From Amoebophrya sp. A120 (lineage: Eukaryota > Protista > Dinoflagellata): DNA of 64,000 nt. Positions 37,025 to 48,165 of this stretch are shown piece after piece. The notes under the pieces are model-generated. The model saw nothing but the letters and a program-made list of their open reading frames with translations, did no database searches and had not been told where the DNA came from. The number at the start of each line of letters is the position of its first letter. Position 1 is the stretch's first letter. A program made the position numbers and the translations under genes. The stretch is from contig CAJINV010000003.1 in assembly GCA_905178155.1 (NCBI GenBank), forward strand, positions 6,691,612 through 6,755,611. The letters are read 5' to 3'.

Positions 37025-38641
37025 ACTTCACTTCCGGACGAAGACAACTTGAATACGAACGTACACTTATACTACAAGTAGCCAGGAGGTTGCAGCGTCG
37101 GAATGCGTATTTCTATTTGCTTTTAGCAACGATGCCGTGCTGCAACCGTTGAAGATAATTTGCATTTGTTTGGCTTCGGCCATTATTTTTTTCCGGTCAA
37201 GACACTTTGGTCTGCCATGTGATTGGCTTTATTCGAGTTCGACCGGTCTCTGTACTCCTAGTTGTGTGTTCTACCAGCTTGTTTCGAGTTGAAGAACGAA
37301 CTGCCCGAAAGAAAAGGAAGCAGAGTCGACTGCTGGCATGACAGGCATTCTGCCATTTTTATTAGGTAGGAACGCAAGACGTATCACATTCATGATAATC
37401 ACAGTTTTATTGGCTTCATTGGAATAGAAAAAAAAAACAAAAAGCAAAAACACGACACAAAAAAAATATTCGAGCGCATGGCCAAAAACTATATGAAAAC
37501 TACGGGAGATCGTTGTGCTGCGATCTGAAATAATAATAAATGAAAAGTTGCATAATAGCGAAATGGCCCCTGCCGGATCGTCCTGGCGCTCGCGAAAATC
37601 AAAGATCGTCGGAATACGAAATCAACAACAACATCCGACGTGCGCTCGAGAAAAAATTGGCACTGCTGACTCGAAAACAGTAGGCCGTGATTGCTTTAGC
37701 ACCGCCTTTGTGCGAATGTGCGAATGCGAGAGAGTCAAGCTCAGGCTGAAGCTCAGCAACAAATAATTCTGATTCACAAATCACAATTCCATGCGCACAT
37801 AACAACGCGGCAGATTCAGTTTGGGTGTCGGAATAATTGCTATCGCATCATCTTCGTTGATGGTGCTTGTCAGACGCCGACATTCCAAAGTAGTGTATAC
37901 AGTGCGACCGCAAACTCGGAAATAAATACTTTCGTATCTATCATGAAGTGCTGAAACTATTTCAACAAGAATTATACACAGTGCTGAAAGAACAGGAAGT
38001 GTAGAACGACTGTGAGAGCAGCAGGGTGAAGTGATTTATTTCCTCCACTCGTTGAACCGATCCTGGTCATCATACAATGATATATCATTATTCGCGTTCT
38101 TCTTGTCTTCGGTGGGTAGGAAATTTTTACTGCCTTCCAATGCCGTACAAATGCCCTCATATTCACCACTGGTGATCCGCTCGCAGTTCAGCAGCAGATC
38201 TGCCAGACCACGGACGGACGTCACTTGCGCCAGCGCATCTGCGTCGAAGAACAGATGTTGCATTCCTTCATCGTCGAGTGGGTCTTATGAGAGTGCACAA
38301 GTCCTCTGCGTCCTACCTATTTGCGTTGCTCAATATTAAAAAGAGTCCGTCGTTGGTGGTGCCTTTGTTGTTGTTCTTTTTTTTCCAGAACCGCAAAAAA
38401 CCAAGCGCATGCATCGTCACTGGCAGTAACTCATATACTTACATTTTCTTTTCTTTCTTACGCTGCTCGTGATTGTACGATAAAGAGAGGCTAGAAAAGC
38501 GCCCTCGTTCTCTTCGCCTTTTCTTTATGCCATGTTGCTTGACAAAGATTGACCCCTTGCGTGTAGATTATTTTTCACGAAGATAAAGCTGTATTTTTGC
38601 AGCTGTTGCTCCAGAGGGCAACGAGGATTTCTTGTGACTTG

Positions 38642-41600
38642 TCATAGGTCGTCCGACTTCGAAGTTCCGTCTCCTGCAGTGCTGTCATCTCCTTTCAGTT
38701 CCTGAAGACTCCTGTCTACATCGTGTTGCGACCAATGCGCTGTGAGAACGGAGGAAAGCGTTGCGGTTCCTAACGCGAAGGAGACCACCGCGATGTTCAT
38801 CCACACAATGCTGAAAGCTCGCAACCACCGGTGGTCAATGTACAGCCCGCCGAAGCCGGTGGTGCTGCTCGTAACCACCGCCCAATTTACGGCCTCGTAA
38901 AGGTTCCACTCAAGCACGTAGCCGTAAATAGCACCGCCCACCAGCAGGGGCGCCACGCAAAGCACAAATGCCTTCATTAATTTGCGAACCCTTTCCGCCT
39001 CCGCGTGGTCGTCGAGCTCTTTCTGGAGCTCCGCACGCCCTGCCGCGTTCATCTTCATCCGGGCGAGCTGCATCGATTTCCGTGCAACAGTGACGCGGTC
39101 GATCCTGAATTTACGTTTTTGATGGCATAGTTGTTCGTATAGATACTGTTCTATTTTACACACGCTTGTTCAGCACAGAATTTAATACGACATTCAAGCG
39201 GAGCCGGAGCAGGTGGTCTCCAGGTACTTCTCTACTACCTGTTCCTGCTGCGCGGTGGTCTAGCGAAAGAAGCACGAAAAGCTCTTTAGCCTGTCTCAAT
39301 AAAGAGAACAAGCATGATGTAAATGCCAGTTCGTCTTTTACGTGATGTAGTTTGTTCTGCAAAAAAGAAAAACGAAAGCCCTCGCTCGTCCACGTTTACG
39401 TACATTACCGTCTCTCGACTTGCGTGAAAGACGGATGTGGATACCAAAATGAGACTCGCATATTAGCGAAGGGAGGGGAAGTCCGGATACCTATCAAAAA
39501 CAGACCCAACCAGGTCCAGCGCTGTAGTCAGGGAGAAAGTTCGCAAGGGTAACGGGTTCGAACCGCCAGTGCCAAACGACCCCTCCTCCCATCGCAAAGC
39601 GAGACCGATCACTGTTCGTTGCCCCGAGGACAGAACGGTCAAACAGCATCTATCCCGCATAAGTAGCGGGCAACAAAAAAAAGGAAAATATTCCGACATA
39701 CGGAATCCAAAAACTCCCGCACAGCGGACCAAGCCAGATCATCCGACGAGCGAAGGGCAGAACTTTCAACTGGAGGAAGCCACATTCTCCGACAAGCGGA
39801 GGCCAAATAAAATTTCCGACAAACGGAGGCCAAATCATCCGCAAAGCGGGCCAAACGATCATCCGCAAAGCGGGCCAAACGATCATCCGCAAAGCGGGAC
39901 TAATCATCCGCAAAGCGGGCCAAATCATCCGCAAAGCGGGCCAAACGAGACTAATCATCCGCAAAGCGGGCCAAATCATCCGCAAAGCGGGCCAAATCAT
40001 CCGCAAAGCGGGCCAAATCATCCGCAAAGCGGGCCAAATCATCCGCAAAGCGGGCCAAATCATCCGCAAAGCGGGCCAAATCATCCGCAAAGCGGGCCAA
40101 ATCATCCGCAAAGCGGGCCAAATCATCCGCAAAGCGGGCCAAATCATCCGCAAAGCGGGCCAAATCATCCGCAAAGCGGGCCAAATCATCCGCAAAGCGG
40201 GCCAAATCATCCGCAAAGCGGGCCAAATCATCCGCAAAGCGGGCCAAATCATCCGCAAAGCGGGCCAAATCATCCGCAAAGCGGGCCAAACGAGACTAAT
40301 CATCCGCAAAGCGGGCCAAATCATCCGCAAAGCGGGCCAAACGAGACTAATCATCCGCAAAGCGGGCCAAATCATCCGCAAAGCGGGCCAAACGAGACTA
40401 ATCATCCGCAAAGCGGGCCAAATCATCCGCAAAGCGGGCCAAACGAGACTAATCATCCGCAAAGCGGGCCAAATCATCCGCAAAGCGGGCCAAACGAGAC
40501 TAATCATCCGCAAAGCGGGCCAAACGAGACTTACTACCAACGGCAGGGGCGTTACTCCCTGGGAACAAGAGAAGGCGAAACAAATACCACCCCGAAAGTC
40601 GGTGGGTTGTCCTGACTAATCTTCTCAAGTCCTGGCTACCGTAAACGAAAGGGCTGAGGGCGGACACGGGCATAAAATACCGCCCGACCATCCTCAGCCT
40701 AGGCTCACAGGCTCGCTAGCCTGCTGCTGCCCGGGCATACATTTTATGACACTAAAGTAGCAACAGAGAGATCAACATTGGATGATCGTCGTTGGATTCG
40801 TTCCTCTCCCGACACGGAGGCGAGCAAGCACCTAACAAGACGCGGTGGGCTAACCCCCTTACGAAAGAAGACGAGAAGGCTTCTGTCCAGCAAAGCGGCG
40901 CGAAGCCTCATGATCTCTCCGCTGTAAAATTCGCCTTCCTCACAAAACAGGGCGGGAGGGCGGGAAAACGACACAAAAACATCCGTGTCATCGCTGCGCT
41001 GATCTGACTTCGGTTTTGGTTACCGTGACACTAGTACTACTCGATGCATAAAATACAGACCGACCATCCTAGGCCTGGACTCACAGGCTCGCCAGACCTC
41101 TGCTGCCCGGTCATACATTTAATACCGTCTCTCGACTTGGTCCTGGACGACACGCGTGAAGACGGATGTGGATACCAAAATGAGACCCACGATTATGTAG
41201 ACCGCGTTCAGAAGCCGGAGGTAGTCCGCTATTGGGATGACGTCTCCGTAGCCTATGGTGGTCAGCACCTGAGTGGCGTAGTACGCTCCCTGGATGATGC
41301 AGTCCACTAATGGGGGCTTTTCTGTCATGCTGGGAAAATATTTGTCGTCCCAGGCCGACGCGTCGGTGAACACGTAAGCCGCAATCCCGACCAGGTAATA
41401 GCCGGGCAGCAGGTACCAAAACAAAAAGTTCCAGTCCCGCACGCGGCGCTTCGTCTCTAGAACGGTGGCTTTCCATTTTCGCACTGCCGGCAAGACCCGG
41501 CGTTGGACCGCGGCGGCCTCAGGGGTTTGCTCGTCCGAAAAGGAGACGGAAAGACGCCGATCAAGTACCGAAGTAGGACGATGGTCGTCGGGTTTTCTCG

Positions 41601-41715
41601 CTGCTGCTGTGGCGTTCTGGCTCTCTCGGTCTTGCAAGGTGTCCCGCCCTCGGTCAAGCATGGGACGGGACAAAGCGTTCTTCTCCAGCTCCAGCAATGT
41701 CTTACCCTGTGCCAT
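38642..41715 (-). CDS. Two-pore-domain K+ channel (K2P/TPK-like)
   Basis: Two pore loops TTIGYGD and STTGFGG, each flanked by TM helices; GT-AG intron 39105-41125 joins QVER-RIDRV in frame; ORF 38036-38263 may be a further exon. Confidence 0.85.
39401..41120. mobile_element. Composite intronic insertion with a decayed exon-end copy, structured segments and an internal 75-bp duplication
   Basis: 39401-39455 copies 41114-41186 (28-bp exact block plus deletions); 40670-40744 is a diverged copy of 41046-41120. Confidence 0.6.
39833..40531. repeat. Tandem minisatellite, ~30 units of AATCATCCGCAAAGCGGGCCA (21 bp; 24- and 30-bp variants)
   Basis: Directly visible; each unit contains a CCGC-AAA-GCGG hairpin; 51-bp higher-order repeat at the 3' end. 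Confidence 0.97.
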
Positions 41716-42582
41716 TTGGAGGTCTTTTTACGCTGTCTCGGACCGGAAGAGGCAAAAAAAAGTAGTCTACTTGAAGGGGGGGAAGCGCTACGCGTACGCG
41801 TTTGGGTAGACTGAGTACGTATCTTTTAGGCTGCGGTGCTAGCTCGTCATCGTTTTTCGTCGCACTCATATTTCACAAAAGATTCGCCAATAGATTCAGG
41901 AAGGGGGAGGTGGGATGCAACGGTGTGAAAAAACCTACGCGGCGACCACATGGCCTGCCCCAGAGAAGGCAGAGCCTGACGAGACAGAAGGACCGATGCA
42001 GATCATGGTGCTGGGCGAAATGAGGATCATGGGGTGGTGGTTAGCGGTAGTGCTGGCAGCCTGCTCGTTGAAACACATTCTATGCCTTACAAGGTTTGAC
42101 AAAGCTGAAGTACCAGAACAGGGAAAAAAATCGTCCCTCTCGCGAATTCATGATCGTCTGTACCGATATACCTGACAAAAAGATACAGATTTGGATGCTC
42201 TTTTTGCTCCCTGCAACTCTCTTTTATTACACACAATCCAGTGACGTAGTTCAAGTTCTAGATGTTAAGCAGATATGTGCATCCGCGGCTCGACCTTCGT
42301 GACAAGAACAGAGCAGCACACCAAACTGCGCCTCGGCTATTGAGAGACATTCTCTTTCTCGTTTCCGTTTCGCAAAAAAACATGCATTTTACACGAGTCT
42401 ATAGAGGAGGACCTGGCGGGTCTCGACATCGAATAAGAAAGTTGGAGAACAACCAGCTAACGTGTCTTTGTTTTTTACAAAAAATGATAAGAGAGCTACT
42501 AGAGCAGACGACTTATGAACCCACATATCAATGTCCATGTGAGTGAATGTGTAGTTAGCGTCGATGCCCCATCATGCGCCTT

Positions 42583-44971
42583 TTACAATTTTTGCAATAC
42601 GAGGTCGATGAACTTGATGCACTCAGACATCAGCCATCCGTCGACCTGGTTCTTTATAGCCATGACTTCCGGGTCGTCGTCGTCCTTGAAGCCGAGCACG
42701 CGAAGCAGCTCTAGTGCCTCAGGAAACGGCGCTATCCTCTCCGAAAACGCTTTACCCGCTTTCTTCAGCTTCTGGTACTTTGTCTCTTCCGGCTGGTGGA
42801 CAAAAGTGGTTTTTTTTGTTCGTTTCGAAAAAAAGGGCCGCCGCGTTACATCAACTCATGATGAGCCTCGGGAAAATTTGGTATCTTGTCGATCATGTAA
42901 CCAGGCTGCACAAAGGCTAGAGTAGAGTCAACAAAAATAGAGATAAAATACGCTTTCATGGCAGTTCTTCGCGAAGGTGCGAATGGTTGTCAAGCAGGTT
43001 TTCAGCTCCGCGGCCTTCGTAGCGGCGTATTCCTTTCGCAATGACTGGATCCAGAACGTCAGTTGCTGTTTGGACGGCTTGGCTTTTATGTCATCCTTAG
43101 CCTGTTCCTCCTCGGGGGGCGGCTCCTTCCCGAACCGCTCGATGTAGTCCAAGCGCAGCTGCTCCTTCAACTGCGCCGCGTGGGCCTCGTGTGCTTCCTT
43201 CTCCCTCTTGCGCTGTTCGATATCCCGCTTCCGTTGCTCCTCTTTCAGCAGCGCATCGGTTTCAAGCATCATCTTCTGGCTCTCGATTCGCGCCTTCTCT
43301 TTGTCCTTGGCCTCCTGCTTTTCTCGAGCCTCGCGCTCGCGCTTCAACCGGGCCTGCAGCTCCAAGGCGGCCTTCTCCGCCTCCTCCTTGGACATCTTGG
43401 GTTTTGCTGGCGCAGCAGCGGCCGGTTGCTGGTTTATTTTCATAGCAGGCAAGAATGCAACAACCCTTTTAAGCAGGCAGAATAAGTTGACAGCGTCTGT
43501 GCCACCTATAGTTAGTACATGATGATGAACTACTACTACAATGCAACTTTGCTAAATTCGCTTTGCGTCGTTTGTGAAAGTAGTATTGATCGTACCTGCG
43601 TTATTGGCACGTCAATGTCTGCGTCATTCTCGTGATCAGTCATCCATTGTATTGCGTGCTCGAGAGAGGCAGACTCCGTGAAGTAACACGCTTTTTCTGA
43701 TCGTATCTGGCCGAAACCCATTTCTCCCAAGGATGTTACGAGGCTCGGATTACCTGAGTTTTTGGCCTTAGTTAGCATTGAAGATGAACGACCGAATCTT
43801 TCGCAGGTCCATAGTATAGTGGAAGTAACAAGAGTAGTAGTAGTAGTAGTGATTCCCAGCAAGGGGAGAGAAGGGGGAGCCGAGACGTACTTATTATATG
43901 CACGGAGCGTATTTTTGAATCGACATCATCAGCTGTAGGATCATCAGCACCAGGATACACAGTATACACTTTTCCTTCAACCAGGCCCCGTTTTCCGAAG
44001 CGTCCGGGTCGGTTGGAAGGGCGGAGGCTCCGGCTACCGCTGCGCCTTCCCCGGTTTGTTCCGGAGCCGGGCCCTCTGCATCCACGTCCATCGGTACGGC
44101 CTCCGACCCTCCGCCCTGCATATCCGCTGGCAATCGAAGTGGCTTGTCGATGTCAGGATCGGTTTTGTTTGCCTCTATCCAGGCTTCTGCCTCCGAAACG
44201 CCTGATCGGTGATGGGTTGGGTTTCGCAATTATACCTTGCGGAACCGTCGAGCAAAAATGCATACGCTTTTTTTCTTGCACGACGAAGGAACGTCCTCGG
44301 AAGGCTTCTCGGTCGTGAGTGATCACTGGCACAACTCTTTACTACAACTTCAAAGATTTCGATGCGTACCTTTGTTTGATGTGAACCAGCAGGCCTTCTC
44401 GGAGCGGACGACGCCATGGCCCTTCACTTCCACGAGAGCGTCTACTATTTTCTTCTTCGCATAATTTATTACCTGATTCAAAGTAGTAGTAGTTGTGCGA
44501 AAAGCCAAGTAAAAATAAAGTCGTATTCTTAGGGTGGCAGACTGCAGCGAGGAGCTGAATCTACAGCTCGTGCAAAATTACATTAGTTGCGTTTACTTAA
44601 ATGATAAAAACGGAGACGGAGACATAATCAAAAGCTTGCTGGTGCACGTGCAGCAGCTTCTAGGTCGTGAAAATAAATCAAGCGAGCACCTTGGCATCAT
44701 TTAGAAACTTCTTCTCGTGTTCCAGCAGCACTTGCTGATACTCCGCCACAGTCAGCTCCAGAACTGCAAAGTCCGGCTGCCGCGTTCTCTGGCGGAAGCG
44801 CTGGACTTCGTCTTCGCTCCAGAAGCATCGCCGTTTCGTCTCAGCGTCGACGAGCAACTTTGAATCTGCGGACACCTCCGTGAAATCTTGGCTACCAATC
44901 TGCTCCGCATGTTGCTGCGCTTCCTGTGTGGAAAAAAGCAGCCTCCCAGTCTTGTTACACTTCACGATCAT
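42583..44971 (-). CDS. UBA + coiled-coil + PUB domain protein (p97/Cdc48 cofactor-like), 6 exons
   Basis: Two UBA-like segments (LVEVKGHGVVRSEKACWFT; LGEMGFGQIRSEKACYFT...AIQWMTDHENDADID); PUB-like PEETKYQKLKKAGKAFSERI...ALELLRVLGF; canonical GT-AG introns; stop TAA at 42583. Confidence 0.82.
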
Positions 44972-45706
44972 TCTTCTACCTCTGTTCTTCCGTCTGTGAC
45001 GTGGTTGTTTATAACTTTATCTAGGATAATATCTTGAGCTACGGCTACGCAATGATTAGCAAAAAACTACATATCCAATATTTATCTTGGTGCACTTTCA
45101 GTTGGATTTGGGAAGCTAGGAATAGGATACTACTGATGTTGAAGTGTTTGGAATAAAGATAACTTTAGTATTAGTTGTAGAATAAAGGTAGAGACAAGCA
45201 CAAACTGTGCTGAAACCTATCCTGGCGACAATCAAATATCTTCAAAGGGTGGGATGGAAGAAGTGAGAAGAAGCAAAGAAAGTGAGATAATAAAGCGAGC
45301 AGGGGCAGTATCAGGAGAATGCAACGCAGAACGGGACGAATTTTTCTATTTTGCTCGAAGCGTACGAGGACAAGCGATGAAGTTAGTTTGCCCTTGAGTG
45401 CACCGGAGAACTCGCGGAAGACATTCGTCGTTTGAAAAGGCGCTCAAGAGAAGGCATAATTTATCTTGCCTTGATCTAGGCGGGCTATTCATTGAGTTTC
45501 GCATAATTCTACATTTTGTTCTATTTGCATTTTCTATTTGCATTTTTGCGCACGGTGGATTTGAATTGATGAAAACAGGTGAAATAAAAAGCAGAAATGT
45601 TATTTTTCGTTTGCATTTTTGCGATATTTTTTTATCGCCCGCCTCGCTCTCCCGCATCTTCAGCCGGAAGATGCACCACAGAATCCTGTGGCAGTCTTGT
45701 AGTTCT

Positions 45707-47221
45707 TCATTCATTTTCGGTTTGTGCGGCCAGTTGCAGGCCGAAACCGAGGGCCTGGTCAAAGGCGGCCGACTGCACGGGCAGGTCCAGACTGACCACA
45801 AAAGGGTCCTGCAGGATGAGCACCGCAAAGCGTTCGTAGACGTACTTGAGGAACAGGTCGGCCTTTTTGCTGTCGAAAAAGCCCTCGGTGATCAGGATAA
45901 ACCGCAGGTTTGTGCGCGTCTGCAGCATGAACACCTGAAAGCCCGCCGCCTCAACGCGCGTTATGCCGCGCGGATGCAGGGCGGAATTTTGACACGCACG
46001 CAGCGTGCAGGCCTTGCGATGGTCGGTATATTGCTCGCGCCGGTACGCGACCAGATTCTCCGTCAGAACCTTCTCCGGCACCTGCCAGTAGAGAAATTCG
46101 TCCTCGGTGGACGCGAGCTCGAAATCGGACGCTTCTGCGGTGGTCGCGAAAGACGACAATTGTTGTGGAGAAGTGACCGCTCGTCCTGTGGTCGAGGGTG
46201 CCGCAGAAGATGATGCGCTGGACACAAAAGTAGTAGAGCCAGACGAAAACGCCACATCTCCACCGGTCGCGTTTCCGTTGATGGGGTTTTTATTCGATGA
46301 CGCAACACCAGGAGATGAAACAGATGAAGATGATACTTCTTCATTATGCCCCGATGCATTTACTATTCTGTGGTAGACGGCCGCGACTTGCGGAGCCTGC
46401 TCATATTGTGTGATGGGCAGAGTGGTTCCGTTCGCCATCTGTCGCACCAAGCGACCGGCCAGGGCGGGCAGTGCGGGCACTTCGCCAACCAGGCTGGTAG
46501 AGGCATGGTTTAGCAGGGCAGCGCTCGACGGAATCTCAAACCATTGGTCCCCGCCTTCGAGCAGCGACTCCTGGTCCTGCGCAGAAATGTCCACATTGTT
46601 GTCCTGGCCGCCTCTTGCCTTATTCCGAGCGGCGGTGCCCCAGGGTGCGTGGAAGACGTGCTTCGAAGTTGACCTTGTTCTTCTACTTGCGGCTGCAGGA
46701 ACGGTGCTGGAGGCCACGGAAGATACCGCTGCATGTTGTTCGGCAACTGCGTTCTTGTTTCCAGGAAACCTGCTGGCGCCGACCATAAACTCGGGTCGTT
46801 GAACGGCAACGGGACTGCTGGACCGTCGAATGGCACCGCTTGAAGATGAAGAGCCACCGGTCCTGCTTGTAGTTTTCGATTCGAAAGGCAGGCAGCCGGT
46901 GTAGCTTGGAGCTGGAGTTATGCTGGAAGCCGCGGCCGCAGGAGCGCCAGAAAAATCCCCGGTAGTTCGGTCGGTCGCGCCAGCGACACTCGAGCCTTTT
47001 TCGTGCCGGTTTGTTCTCTCTGCCGCGCCGTTACCTACACCAGAGGGCGCTGGTGTAATACGAGCGGCTACCGCCGATATTCCATGCAGTGTGGACGCCA
47101 ATCGAATGCGATCATTTGCGGTGAAACACGTCGGCTTGAAATCCCGATGGAAGATCAATGTTCCATTGCGATTCAGGATCCAGAGGCAGTGCGGCGTCGA
47201 CGAAACCACTAACGACGACAT
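45707..47221 (-). CDS. TRAPPC4: TRAPP complex subunit 4 (Trs23/sybindin) with a long low-complexity insertion
   Basis: LWILNRNGTLIFHRDF, NDRIRLASTLHGISAVAARITP, GITRVEAAGFQVFMLQTRTNLRFILIT, LKYVYERF...DPF...PVQSAAFD. Confidence 0.85.
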   Translation of the reverse strand: MSSLVVSSTPHCLWILNRNGTLIFHRDFKPTCFTANDRIRLASTLHGISAVAARITPAPSGVGNGAAERTNRHEKGSSVAGATDRTTGDFSGAPAAAASSITPAPSYTGCLPFESKTTSRTGGSSSSSGAIRRSSSPVAVQRPEFMVGASRFPGNKNAVAEQHAAVSSVASSTVPAAASRRTRSTSKHVFHAPWGTAARNKARGGQDNNVDISAQDQESLLEGGDQWFEIPSSAALLNHASTSLVGEVPALPALAGRLVRQMANGTTLPITQYEQAPQVAAVYHRIVNASGHNEEVSSSSVSSPGVASSNKNPINGNATGGDVAFSSGSTTFVSSASSSAAPSTTGRAVTSPQQLSSFATTAEASDFELASTEDEFLYWQVPEKVLTENLVAYRREQYTDHRKACTLRACQNSALHPRGITRVEAAGFQVFMLQTRTNLRFILITEGFFDSKKADLFLKYVYERFAVLILQDPFVVSLDLPVQSAAFDQALGFGLQLAAQTENE

Positions 47222-48165
47222 CTGTCTATCGCCAGAGGCCACTGGTCGAAGATGGGCTGTAGAATTGAACCTAGAGCCAGAGCTAGAGCTAGATGAGGAG
47301 AGCGCTATTCTTGCATTCCGCTGTGGTTTAGGAAGATTTAGACTTGATCCGCGGAAGGAACATCTAAATTTCCATACCAATACCAACCATAATCATTCAT
47401 TTTCAAGTTGTTGATCACCCAGGCCATCTATCAGCCTTAAACTTGAACGCGTCGAGCAACGGACGGCACAAAGAGGATCTCGATCATGTGTTAGTGAGCC
47501 AGCCCAGTCCAGCCTACGACAACGATAGTGCGAACAAACCAACTTCTGCCGGATGCGACCACTTTTCGTCGACTCGGCACTACGCTGTTCCTGCTGCACC
47601 TTCACGAACAGGACTAAAAATTAAAACCGGAGTACAACATCAACACATGATGACTTCCGAATCCAATAAACGTCGGCACAAGCAGGATAACACGGTCGAG
47701 AGAAGTTTGATACAGGAGTAGCACAATTGCACTAGAGTGGGTTCAATTTTACGCGCGACTCAATTACGATAAATTGAAGCACAATCAGATTTACACCTCC
47801 AGGTACAGGATTTTATACAGGCAGCTGTCTCGTCGAAGCTCTAGTGCTAGTGAAAGCACTAGCACTTCTAATTTGATTTTTTACATTTTTGATTTTCGAA
47901 AGCAGAAGCAAGACATCGTGTACTCAGCGAAATACGTTTTTTTATTTCAGATTACAGCCATTCGACTTTTCGTTTCCAATTTCAAGCAAATTTCGTAAAT
48001 TTTACAATCATGAGGACAATCACGAGGGGATTACTCATTTCTTCAAGGCGAAAGCTGATAGACGACCGCGAGGGAGCAGCAGCCACGAAAGACCTCGTGG
48101 TAGATGTCGACCTTATCCTCAACAAGATCGCCAACCGATGAAGTAGAACCATAGAAGATGAAAAC

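Noticed and set aside
39520-39600. tRNA gene (GGTTCGAACC T-arm-like) or RNase P RNA (GGGGAAGTCCGG)
   Set aside because: No cloverleaf and no matching P4 partner could be built.
39833-40531. CRISPR array
   Set aside because: Units are head-to-tail with no unique spacers; eukaryotic context; no cas genes.
40569-40700. Hammerhead ribozyme
   Set aside because: CTGANGA and GAAA boxes are not in the required order with stems on either strand.
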